A stretch of 64,000 bases of DNA from Candidatus Babeliales bacterium. Its GTDB lineage: Bacteria; Babelota; Babeliae; Babelales; JANWKD01. The position numbers and the translations under genes are program-made. The notes under the pieces are model-generated. The model ran no database searches. It was not told where the DNA came from and was given only the letters and a program-made list of their open reading frames with translations. This document shows, one piece after another, positions 28,551-37,779 of this stretch (the stretch's first letter is position 1; the number at the start of each line of letters is the position of its first letter). The stretch lies in assembly GCA_963701665.1 (NCBI GenBank), contig OY969622.1:192001-256000 (forward strand), written 5' to 3'.

Positions 28551-29669
28551 ATGAGTGGGTTCATGATAGAAAAAATGCACAGATATTATTTTTTATTAAT
28601 TCTTTTACTTGCGATGGCGGCATATGGCATTTCATCAAATAGGGTTGTTGCAACCATTAATGTGGGAGTCACTCCTGCGGGCATTGCACTGACGCCCAAT
28701 AATAAGTTTGCCTATGTAGCGAATAATAATAACTATGGAATTATGAATGGCGATAGCGTGAGTGTATTAAACTTGAAAAATAATACTCAGCAACAAATTA
28801 TTAATGATGCAAGTTTTAATCAGCCTTATACCGTAACTATTAACGCAGCAGGTACAAAAGCGTATGTGACCAATAGTAACGGTGCAACAATAACTATTAT
28901 TAATATACCATCGAATACGGTGATAGGTACCATTACAGGGTTTGATGGGCCTTCGGGCATGGTTATAACGCCTGATGGTAATACAGCCTATGTTAATAAT
29001 TATGGTGGGCCTATTGCAGGTAGTGGTTTTGGGACAACAGTCAGTGTTGTTAATTTGAATACAAACACTATTGTTGGTACCATTACCGTGGGGCAAGCAC
29101 CTGCTGCATTGGCAATAACGCCGGATGGTGCATTTGTGTATGTTGCTAATTACATTTTAGGTAACCCCGGTATGGGCACGGTAAGTGTTATACAAACAAG
29201 TAATAATACTGTTATTCAGACGATCCCAGGTTTTTCAGGTCCCTTTGCCATTGAAATAACGCCCAATGGCGAATATGCGTACGTAACTAATTTTGGCAGT
29301 AATAATTTTAATCCAATAGGAACAACGGTCAGTGTTATTGATTTGAGCAGTAATACGATTAGTGAGACGATTAATGTCGGCATCCAGCCATCGGGTATTG
29401 CTATTACGCCAGATGGGTTATATGCCTATGTAACGAATTATGACACGCTGTACACCGATACTACGAAATTTACTGGCTTAACGGCGGGTCAAGGCGTCGT
29501 GAATATTATTGATATCACAACTAACACGGTCATCCCTCCTGTAATTGCCGTTGAACAGTCTCCTGCGAACATTGCGATATCATCAAATGGTAAATATGCC
29601 TATGTTACCAATTTTACATCTAACACGGTGAATGTTCTTAACATTCTTGAAAGAATGTGGTTAAAATAA
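28551..29669 (+). CDS. YVTN/YncE beta-propeller repeat protein
   Basis: About seven P.GIAITPDG..AYV.N......VSVI repeats. Confidence 0.9.
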   Translation: MSGFMIEKMHRYYFLLILLLAMAAYGISSNRVVATINVGVTPAGIALTPNNKFAYVANNNNYGIMNGDSVSVLNLKNNTQQQIINDASFNQPYTVTINAAGTKAYVTNSNGATITIINIPSNTVIGTITGFDGPSGMVITPDGNTAYVNNYGGPIAGSGFGTTVSVVNLNTNTIVGTITVGQAPAALAITPDGAFVYVANYILGNPGMGTVSVIQTSNNTVIQTIPGFSGPFAIEITPNGEYAYVTNFGSNNFNPIGTTVSVIDLSSNTISETINVGIQPSGIAITPDGLYAYVTNYDTLYTDTTKFTGLTAGQGVVNIIDITTNTVIPPVIAVEQSPANIAISSNGKYAYVTNFTSNTVNVLNILERMWLK

Positions 29670-29673
29670 ATTT

Positions 29674-30273
29674 TTGTACTTAAAAAAGGTATGTATGAAA
29701 AAAAATTTTCTTTTTTTGTTCGTATTATTCTCAGTGGTATGCGCACAATCATGTTATGGGCAAATACTAGGCTGTGATCGGTTTCAGACTGCTTTTACTT
29801 CAGGATATGTCTTTAAACATTCTGATAAGATTTTTAAAAAAGTATATGGTCGTGGTATGGGAAATGTGCTAACAGCGGATCTTTGTTATTTTCCGTGGGA
29901 ATGTTGGGGCATTGGTGGCAAGGCTAGCTACTGGCTTGCGGTTGGTAAAACAAGCTTTTTTAAAAGGCATACAACATTACAGGAGATTCCGTTGACGGTT
30001 TATGTGCGCAGAATGTTTGATTTTGCAAGTGGCTTAGAACTTTACGGTTCATTAGGTGGCGGTGGAGCATGGATTAGTGAGCATAGCTATCGTGGGCGCG
30101 TGCGCACATGGAGAGGCGTCGGGGAAATCGAGGCTGGTCTATTTTATCCTGCATGGTGCCGTCTTGATTTTACGAGCGCTGTGCGTTATGTATTCCCTCG
30201 CCAAAGACATAGTCATATGAAATTTGATGTCGGTGGCTTTGATTTACGAGCTGGTATTGGATTTCCGTTTTAA
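29674..30273 (+). CDS. Outer-membrane beta-barrel protein
   Basis: Signal peptide, amphipathic strands, terminal Phe. Confidence 0.7.
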   Translation: MYLKKVCMKKNFLFLFVLFSVVCAQSCYGQILGCDRFQTAFTSGYVFKHSDKIFKKVYGRGMGNVLTADLCYFPWECWGIGGKASYWLAVGKTSFFKRHTTLQEIPLTVYVRRMFDFASGLELYGSLGGGGAWISEHSYRGRVRTWRGVGEIEAGLFYPAWCRLDFTSAVRYVFPRQRHSHMKFDVGGFDLRAGIGFPF

Positions 30274-30298
30274 TCTTAACACCAGCTCATGAAGATAA

Positions 30299-30619
30299 TT
30301 ATTTAAATTTTTCTTTTTGATGAGACGGCTGAATTTTTTCGATTGAGTTTGGAATAGTCACTGCTCCCCAGGCCAGAAAGGTACCCAAAACACAGAGAGG
30401 AGCAATAGCACAACTCCCAAAAATAGGATAACCCCCAGCTGCCATTCCTGCGCCAGCGCAACCACTTATGCAAAGCTCACTAGCAATCTCAGAATCTTGG
30501 TCTGTGACACCAGAGCAATCCGGTAAGAGTCGTTGAAGCGTGTGAGGGGTATCCTTTTCCATGCAAAACGTTGTATTGATAGTTAACAAGAGGGCTAAAG
30601 CAAATGCTGCTTTCTTCAT
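30299..30619 (-). CDS. Small exported membrane protein
   Basis: Signal peptide then ME, Gly/Cys hydrophobic hairpin, ends KEKFK; paralog of 30772-31116. Confidence 0.65.
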   Translation of the reverse strand: MKKAAFALALLLTINTTFCMEKDTPHTLQRLLPDCSGVTDQDSEIASELCISGCAGAGMAAGGYPIFGSCAIAPLCVLGTFLAWGAVTIPNSIEKIQPSHQKEKFK

Positions 30620-30771
30620 AGCTGTTCCTTAGAGGTAATGGATACGTGAAAGAGAAACATTTGTAGTGTACCGAAAAAAATTAATAAGAGAAGCTTTTAA
30701 TCAGCAAATTGCGCGTGCTGAATGATCAAATTTTATCGGCTTTTCGTTTTAATGAAACGCGCGCGTGATCA

Positions 30772-31116
30772 TTAGTCAGTTTTTTCTTTTTGATCAAACG
30801 AATCGTTTGCTTTGAAAGGTTCTCCTGTGCGTATGCCAAAAACTGTAAACGTACCAATAGTAAACGCAAGTAGAGTTGCCAAAGGATTACCGAAAATGTG
30901 ATGAGCGACACATGCTGCCGATGCGCCTCCGCCGCAACTTGTCGCATAGTCAACTGCTAACTCACAACAAGGATCATTATCATCTTCAATGACATCCGTG
31001 AAAATTGGGAGTAGAACTTTTTGATCGCGTGGGATTCCATTATGCATGCAAAAAGTTGTATTGAGCGTTAACAAAAATATAAAAACGAGCGCCAATTTTT
31101 TCATTATTAGTTCCAT
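30772..31116 (-). CDS. Small exported membrane protein
   Basis: LLTLNTTFCM similar to neighbour's LLTINTTFCM; ends KEKTD. Confidence 0.65.
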   Translation of the reverse strand: MELIMKKLALVFIFLLTLNTTFCMHNGIPRDQKVLLPIFTDVIEDDNDPCCELAVDYATSCGGGASAACVAHHIFGNPLATLLAFTIGTFTVFGIRTGEPFKANDSFDQKEKTD

Positions 31117-31360
31117 TGTATTGTATGAATGAACGTAATCACTTAGTAGTACAAAAAAAATAAAAATGAGAAAGCCTGAATTCTAATTCTAGCATTGCTT
31201 GGAAAGGAACTACAAGATGGTTTCAAACAACAAATCTTCACCTAGCGACATATTTTATTATCCCAACCACTTACTTCTACGGGCTTAATTCTCCAAATGA
31301 GCCCATTGTGGAAACTGTTCTGTAACAAGCTGGATGACTAGAGATAGAGGAATTTCTAAT

Positions 31361-31988
31361 CTACAAAATGATTGAGTTATTTGTAATGTTTCCCAAAACA
31401 TTGCAAGTAAGATTGATTTGAGTAAGATGCCTTAATTTTTGCTGAGTGAGCAAGTCACGAATTTTGTCAAATTCTATCGGTAACAGGGAATCGCTTATAA
31501 CTTCAATATTGCAAGTGTTCCCTTTAAAGATGCCATTGTCTTGGTTTTTTATTACACCAGTAATAATATCGCTTGCATATTGTGGTGTGCATAACAGAGG
31601 TAATATAATTGGTCTCATTATGAATCCTTTCAAAAAAAATATTTTTCTCAATCTATAACAAGTTTGAATTAAATTGAAGCTTCTAATTTGGCACCTTTTC
31701 CATAATGATATTAACTGCACAGTTAGCATGAACAATGCCTTCCGGAAAGTTTTTGCTGCGCAGTGCTTGTATGGCTTTATATAAAGATATAGCAATAGGT
31801 TTTCTATGAAAATTAAGAATGCAGGGGATTGGACTATCTAAATTGTTAATATCAATTGTTGTTAAGGGATTTTGAATGTTTGATGATGAATAAAATGTGA
31901 TCTTATTTTCTCGAATATGTATCGCAAGCATAAATTCACCAGCGGGATCAGGCCAATGAACAATAACCTTGTAATATATTAAATTCAT
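31361..31988 (-). CDS. Two short hypothetical ORFs (31683-31988 and 31361-31795, the latter probably starting near 31618), possibly remnants
   Basis: ORF track only; no recognisable motif. Confidence 0.3.
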
Positions 31989-32031
31989 ATATTTAAGAGG
32001 TAGTGATTTTTATAATCAAATAAGAGTAATA

Positions 32032-32274
32032 TTACCAAAATCTTTTTTTTGTGAAAGCTTTTCCAGCAAAAGTTTTTAGATAATGTTCAAATTCTTTCGC
32101 TTTGGATTTATCAACGAAACAAATATAAAGCACTAGCTCCCAAGGTCTATAGCTTGCTGTGTAAATGGAACCACCAGAATTATGGGTTTCAAGTCTTTGT
32201 TCTAAGTTTGTGGTATAACCTGCATACATTCGATCTGGGAACGCTGTTGATTTGATAAGATATACATAATACAT
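32032..32274 (-). CDS. GIY-YIG nuclease family protein
   Basis: YVYLI.S.....Y.GYT.NL..RL..HN.G...YT..RPW.L...E..LK. Confidence 0.9.
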   Translation of the reverse strand: MYYVYLIKSTAFPDRMYAGYTTNLEQRLETHNSGGSIYTASYRPWELVLYICFVDKSKAKEFEHYLKTFAGKAFTKKRFW

Positions 32275-32295
32275 GGTTGAAATTAATGTTTTGCG

Positions 32296-32434
32296 AAGCC
32301 GTCCATTCTTCGCTTTAGGGTAAAACTTCGAAGTGTTATAAAGCTACGAAGGACAATCTTCGCCTTCATTTTGCTGGCGACAGCCAATCGTAGCCGTAGG
32401 TCAACTTCGTAGTATTAACCCACGTAGGCGAAGA
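32296..32434. repeat. Cluster of short palindromes upstream of GIY-YIG
   Basis: CTTCGC..TAAAGCTACGAAG and AATCTTCGCC...GGCGAAGATT inverted repeats. Confidence 0.6.
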
Positions 32435-32681
32435 TTGGCGTTACCTAGTGGATGCAATCTTAAATCATGAGCTTGAATTTAGCACGGGAGTGCAAGTCAT
32501 AAAAACCGTTTGTACTAGCTTAAAAATTGAGGTTAATAGGTAATAAAAGTCTAAACTATTATTTACTAATCCTAATTACAGGTTAGTTTGCTAAAATAAA
32601 TGATACTATTGAAAACTTCTCTATAAAGTAGTATACTATAGAGTAGTGATACTATTCTTCACCTGATGAGGCAAAACACTT

Positions 32682-33002
32682 ATGAGTAAATGGCAGATCG
32701 AATATTGGGATAGTTCAAAAGATAAAAGTTCCATTGAAAAATGGCTTGATGAATTGACCAAAGACCAGCTTAAGTCGGTAGCCAAAGAATTAAGGATGCT
32801 AGAAGAAGCAGGTAACAAGTTAAAATTGCCACATAGTAGGCCTTTAGGTGATGGGCTTTTTGAATTACGAGAACGTAGGTATGGTTATAGAATTTATTAC
32901 GGATTTTCTGGCAAACATTTAATTATTTTGCTTGCGGCCGGAAATAAAACAAGCCAAGAAAGAGATATGAAGATCGCTAGGGAGCGATTATCAAAACTAT
33001 AA
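32682..33002 (+). CDS. RelE/HigB-family (Gp49-like) toxin
   Basis: LPHSRPLGDGLFELR...YRIYY.F....IILL..G.K...RD...AR.R. Confidence 0.85.
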   Translation: MSKWQIEYWDSSKDKSSIEKWLDELTKDQLKSVAKELRMLEEAGNKLKLPHSRPLGDGLFELRERRYGYRIYYGFSGKHLIILLAAGNKTSQERDMKIARERLSKL

Positions 33003-33012
33003 GGAAAAGAAA

Positions 33013-33342
33013 ATGAGTGAAAAAAAAATTATGAAAACAAAAAGTTTTCAAAAATATCTTGAAAAGCGTCTCGATAAAGATGAGATTGCTGAAATTGAAG
33101 AACAAGCTCTGTTAGAAATTAAAATTCTTCAATCTATGCAGAAGTCAATATCAGATGCTATGACTGATTATATGAACAAAAATAACATTGGCTTTAATGA
33201 GCTCGTTAGGCGCTTAGATACAAGTCCAGCACATGTAGCAAAAATACAAAAGGGCGAAGCTAATCTAACTGTATCTAGCTTGGCGCATATTTTGGCATTG
33301 CTCGGAAAAGAGCCGCAAGATGTTTTTAAAAACAAAAAATAA
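33013..33342 (+). CDS. XRE-family HTH antitoxin
   Basis: ELVRRL.TS..VAKI.KG.ANLT..SL HTH, adjacent to toxin. Confidence 0.8.
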   Translation: MSEKKIMKTKSFQKYLEKRLDKDEIAEIEEQALLEIKILQSMQKSISDAMTDYMNKNNIGFNELVRRLDTSPAHVAKIQKGEANLTVSSLAHILALLGKEPQDVFKNKK

Positions 33343-33348
33343 CTTTTA

Positions 33349-33564
33349 ATGGCTAAAGAATTAAAAGAATTCAAACATTATTTTGCAGAAAAACTCAGAG
33401 ATCCTGAGTATGCAATCGCATATCTTAATGAAGCATTAGCAGATGAGGATAAACGAGTTTTTTTAGTAGCGCTTAAAAATGTTATAGAAGCTTACGAAGA
33501 AAATAAAAGCCCTCTAGAAAAAAAGCTTATACTGAGGAAGTTTAAAGAAGATTATTTTCAATAA
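33349..33564 (+). CDS. Addiction-module antidote-like protein lacking the HTH (possibly truncated)
   Basis: L.DPE.AIAYLNEAL.D.D...FL.AL.NV..A N-terminal motif. Confidence 0.6.
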   Translation: MAKELKEFKHYFAEKLRDPEYAIAYLNEALADEDKRVFLVALKNVIEAYEENKSPLEKKLILRKFKEDYFQ

Positions 33565-33782
33565 AATATAAAGCTCTACCTAATAAGCCTTTACAAAAAA
33601 ATGATTTTTGTAATTCTTCTATTTTTACAGCTTGATATTTTTTTTTTGAAATTGACCACCAATGATCACTAAGCTCAATGCTAATGCTATTACAGCTATT
33701 CTGAGGTTCGTGAGGATTACTTTCCATTCTACAAATAATACCTAAGCTTTTTTCAATAAGCATTTGTAATTTATAATTCTTA

Positions 33783-34705
33783 GAGCCTATCTGAAAACTC
33801 TAAGTACTTGAAAAAATAAATAAAAAAAATAAAATCCCTCTTGAAGTTATCACACAAACAAAAAGGGATTTTTTCATATGAAGCATTTAAATTACAAAGA
33901 AATGATACCATCAAAATATGTCATATCTGACGAACTTTTACAAGAATTTCATAACGTTATATCAACAAATATTCCACCAAGTAAAATAGGCCGGCCACGT
34001 TCTGATGATGGCCCATTAATTGCTGGGATATATTATTTGCTTAGAACAGGATGCCAATGGGATGCGCTTCCCAAGTGCTTTGGCCCCGCAAAGACTGTTT
34101 ATCATAGATTTAGAGAATTGGTCAAAGCTAATGCTTTTCAAAAAATTTGGAAATCGGTTTTAACGCACTATGATCGAACCAAAGGACTTTGTCTTGAAAA
34201 TCAATCTATGGATTCATGTCATAAAAAGGTTCCGCTTGGAGGAGATAAAACAGGGATCAGCCCGGTTGATAGAAGAAAATTAGGTTCAAAATTAAATCTT
34301 GTTGTAGAAGAATATGGACTACCTCTTGGTGCTACACTTGCAAGTGAAAATCGACATGACACGCAATTATTTGTTTCCCTTGTCGATAATTTACAGCATC
34401 AAATTCCACAATCAAGAAATCATTATCTTCGAACCGATAAGGGCTTTGTTTCTAAAAAAAATAAGGCAGAAGCTATTAAAAGAAACTTCACGCCTATCAT
34501 GCCATTAAAAAAACCAAAAAATAAACCTCGAGTTACGCAAAAAAAAGATCCAATACGATGGGTCGTTGAAAGAACATTTTCTTGGATGAATCGATTCAGG
34601 CGTGTTTTTATTCGTTATGACAAGCTATCTAAAAATTTTCTTGGATTAGTTCAATTCGCTTGTCTAGTCATTGTTTTCAGAAAAATTTAGTTTTCAGACA
34701 GGCTC
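33783..34705 (+). mobile_element. IS5-family insertion sequence
   Basis: 17-bp TIRs GAGCCTATCTGAAAACT / AGTTTTCAGACAGGCTC (one mismatch), flanked by TA on both sides. Confidence 0.9.
33878..34690 (+). CDS. IS5-family DDE transposase
   Basis: GRPR, LRTGCQW..LP, DKGF, RWVVERTFSW...RR...RYDK. Confidence 0.95.
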   Translation: MKHLNYKEMIPSKYVISDELLQEFHNVISTNIPPSKIGRPRSDDGPLIAGIYYLLRTGCQWDALPKCFGPAKTVYHRFRELVKANAFQKIWKSVLTHYDRTKGLCLENQSMDSCHKKVPLGGDKTGISPVDRRKLGSKLNLVVEEYGLPLGATLASENRHDTQLFVSLVDNLQHQIPQSRNHYLRTDKGFVSKKNKAEAIKRNFTPIMPLKKPKNKPRVTQKKDPIRWVVERTFSWMNRFRRVFIRYDKLSKNFLGLVQFACLVIVFRKI

Positions 34706-34708
34706 TAA

Positions 34709-35130
34709 TTATGTTCTTGGATTAATGGTAGGAGCATTAATGTGCCATTGCACTGTTCCGTTAACACCAGGAGCTGGTTTTGTAGTAAGCTCAATAGTGG
34801 CATCATCACATATTATTACAGGTACTTTTCCTTCATTATTAAAATCTCCACCATCGGTATTATACTTAGTAATATCAGTTCCTGGTTCCCCTTCAAAAAG
34901 CCTTATAAATTTAGCACATCGATTTCCACCTGCATTTAATTGTGCAGTTTTCCCCGGCTGGATAGCATCCTTGGTAACTAATGTTTCCACAAACTTATTA
35001 CGATTATCTCTTCTGTATACATCGATGGCAACTTTTACAGAGCGACTACCGCTATTTTTAATAGTAAAATTTGCCCCATGCATTCCAGAGAAAGTTGCTA
35101 ATAATAAAGTACGATAACAATTGTTTTCAT
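34709..35130 (-). pseudogene. Exported protein with apparent frameshift in its signal peptide
   Basis: MKTIVIV (ATG 35130) is one base out of frame with LLLATFSGMHGANF... Confidence 0.5.
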
Positions 35131-35333
35131 TGCAATCATGCTTTTTCCCTTAAATTTTAATAATTAGTTCTTTTTATTATTTATAGAATATCAATATTTA
35201 TAGGTTGCCATAAAAATAGTACAAAGAGCAATGATTTATATTGCATTTTCCAACTGTTATTATTGCATTGTTTCATGATAAACTATGAAACATTTTAATA
35301 GATCGTCTGGAATCCCTAATAGAGATACTCATC

Positions 35334-36788
35334 ATGAAAGCAATTTTAATCGCCCGTGTAAGCACAGAAGAACAGAAAGAAGCTGGCAATTCTCTTCCAG
35401 CGCAAGTCGCTCGTCTTGAGAAATATTGCCAAGTCAGAAATTTTCCCATCATTAAAAGTTTTAGCTTTGATGAGAGTGGCTATAAAAACCAACGAGAAGC
35501 ATTCGATGCAATTTTAGATTTTGTACTCGAGCAACGTGAGAAAGTAGCCGTGTGTTGCGACAAAGTCGATCGCCTTTCTCGTAATATATTCGATAAACGA
35601 GTGTCTACGCTCTATGAAAAAGCATTGCAAGATCAGCTAGAGCTGCATTTTGTTTCTGATGGACAAGTTATTAATAGTCGTATTTCAGCCGTTGAAAAGT
35701 TCCAATTTGGGATTAGTTTAGGATTGGCAAAATATTATTCTGATGCCATCAGCGATAACGTTAAAAGAGCCATAGAGCAAAAATTGCGCAAAGGCGAGTG
35801 GATTGCCAAAGCGCCCTATGGGTATAAAAATATTCTCCTAGGGGATAAAAAAGATATCTGTGTTGATGAGTATGCAAAGCACATAATACACAAAGTATTT
35901 GAACTCTACGCAACGGGAGCCTTTTCTTTTGAGCTTTTATGCAAAAAATTAAAAGATGATCATAACATTGTGTGGAGTGTAAGTTATATTGATAAAGTTT
36001 TTAACAACCATTTTTATTATGGTGTCATGGTTGTTAACGGCCAACAATATCCTCATAAATATCCTCCCCTAATTTCTCAAGCACTTTTTGAAAAGGTTCA
36101 GCTTATGAAAAAAAGTCTCAGCAAAAAACAAAGCAGATATGCAGGAAAGCCTTTTCACTATCGCGGACTTTTGCGTTGTGATGATTGTGGATTTGCCATT
36201 ACGCCAGAAAAGCACAAGGGTCATGTCTATTATCATTGCACTGAATTCAAGGGCAAGCATGGGGCAAAATGGCTGCGAGAAGAGGCAATCACCGAACAAC
36301 TAGGAGCTATCTTTAAAAGTTTGCAAATGCCTGAAGAAGTCTTAAAACAAATCACTGAGACATTAACTGAAGTTCATGAAAATAAGATTGCCTTCCAAAC
36401 AAAACAATTCGATACGCTCACTAGGGAACAAAAAGAAGTCACAAAAATGATGGATAATTTATACCTTGATAAACTCAAAGGGAGAATTACTGAGAGCGCG
36501 TATGACAGATTTTACCAAAAATTCAGAGATCAGATCACGGATATTTCTATTAGATTAGAGCAATTACAAGAAGCAGAAGATCACTACTATATTACGGTAA
36601 AATACCTACTAGAGCTGACAACGCGTGCCTATGACCTTTTTATGAGTTCGGAAGTGGAGGAAAAAAGGCAATTAATCAAACTTGTACTATCGAACTTAAG
36701 GCTAAAAGGTGAAACACTCGTCTACGACGCTCATCAGCCGTTTGATTTGATACTAAAAAGTACCGATCAACAACTTTGGCGTCCCTAA
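35334..36788 (+). CDS. Large serine recombinase (integrase)
   Basis: ARVSTEEQ catalytic Ser, DRLSR, PYGY recombinase domain, C..CG zinc ribbon, coiled coil. Confidence 0.95.
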   Translation: MKAILIARVSTEEQKEAGNSLPAQVARLEKYCQVRNFPIIKSFSFDESGYKNQREAFDAILDFVLEQREKVAVCCDKVDRLSRNIFDKRVSTLYEKALQDQLELHFVSDGQVINSRISAVEKFQFGISLGLAKYYSDAISDNVKRAIEQKLRKGEWIAKAPYGYKNILLGDKKDICVDEYAKHIIHKVFELYATGAFSFELLCKKLKDDHNIVWSVSYIDKVFNNHFYYGVMVVNGQQYPHKYPPLISQALFEKVQLMKKSLSKKQSRYAGKPFHYRGLLRCDDCGFAITPEKHKGHVYYHCTEFKGKHGAKWLREEAITEQLGAIFKSLQMPEEVLKQITETLTEVHENKIAFQTKQFDTLTREQKEVTKMMDNLYLDKLKGRITESAYDRFYQKFRDQITDISIRLEQLQEAEDHYYITVKYLLELTTRAYDLFMSSEVEEKRQLIKLVLSNLRLKGETLVYDAHQPFDLILKSTDQQLWRP

Positions 36789-36853
36789 GGGGATTCGAAC
36801 CCCTGTTTTCGCCGTGAAAGGGCGATGTCCTAGACCAGCTAGACGATAGGGAC
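36777..36853 (-). tRNA. tRNA-Glu(TTC)
   Basis: Acceptor GTCCCTA/TAGGGAC, anticodon loop CTTTCAC, GGTTCGAATCC, encoded CCA. Confidence 0.97.
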
Positions 36854-36969
36854 GTTGATATCAAAGGAGGATTTTTTCTTAATTTTGCAGGTATTTTAAA
36901 GGCCTTAGCAGGGAGGCTGGCGGAGCCAGGCGTAGTTTGCCGAGCCGGAAGGCCCGGATAAACGAAGAC

Positions 36970-37045
36970 TGGTGAGCCGCGATGGATTCGAACCATCGAC
37001 CCACAGCTTAAAAGGCTGTTGCTCTACCAACTGAGCTAGCGGCTC
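36970..37045 (-). tRNA. tRNA-Lys(TTT)
   Basis: Acceptor GAGCCGC/GCGGCTC, anticodon loop CTTTTAA, GGTTCGAATCC, encoded CCA. Confidence 0.97.
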
Positions 37046-37200
37046 GAATTCTTAAATAGTTAAGAATTTTTAGCAAAATCAATGACTCCATACTAGTTAT
37101 TTCAGGTATGTTTGTCAAGAAATTACCAGAAAAATAGTGCCCTTTATAATATTTTTTTTCCTGCTAAACTGAATAATATACTATTTTTAGGGGGTTATAA

Positions 37201-37779
37201 ATGCTTAAACAAATTTTTGTAGCATTCTTATCTTTAACTAACTTGTCATATGTTCCTGATACCAAAAGAATTTTGGATCATCATGAAGTCCATGATCAGC
37301 AAAAACATTTCAATCATGACAGTTTTCTTACGTCTTGGAACGATGCTAGCTTTAATATGGAAAGCGCGATGAGCATTGCTTTTGAGAGGTATAAAAATAA
37401 TCTGATAGAGCAACAAGAAGCGAAAACAGATAACTATGATACAACAAGAGAAGAACAAGCCTTAGAAAAATTAGCATCTGAAAATTTAGTTCCGGGTACT
37501 ATTCGTGTGCGATACCATAATGGACGAGGATATATAAGCTCGTATCTTCAATTAGAAAATAGTTATTGTTGGCATTATGGTGACTGCTTTCCTACATTGT
37601 ATCTGCACAATGAAAAAAAATTATCCAATCAAGCAGATACATTAAAAACATTAATTTCTGCTGAAAAAAAACCAAAAGTGACGGTATATTTAAGCCGTAA
37701 ACGTCCTTTACAATTTTCCCAATCTAAAAAAATCTTATATTCAATAGATTTAGATTTTACAAAATCCATCGAGTGTTAA
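37201..37779 (+). CDS. Hypothetical protein
   Basis: 192 aa ORF with GGGGG RBS. Confidence 0.6.
   Translation: MLKQIFVAFLSLTNLSYVPDTKRILDHHEVHDQQKHFNHDSFLTSWNDASFNMESAMSIAFERYKNNLIEQQEAKTDNYDTTREEQALEKLASENLVPGTIRVRYHNGRGYISSYLQLENSYCWHYGDCFPTLYLHNEKKLSNQADTLKTLISAEKKPKVTVYLSRKRPLQFSQSKKILYSIDLDFTKSIEC

Larger units (their letters stand above)
32435..36782. mobile_element. Serine-recombinase integrative island at the tRNA-Glu 3' end
   Basis: TTGGCGT direct repeat at 32435-32441 and 36776-36782; recombinase overlaps tRNA end; TA and IS5 cargo. Confidence 0.75.

Noticed and set aside
36676..36996. 106-aa ORF
   Set aside because: Overlaps two tRNAs and the recombinase; spurious
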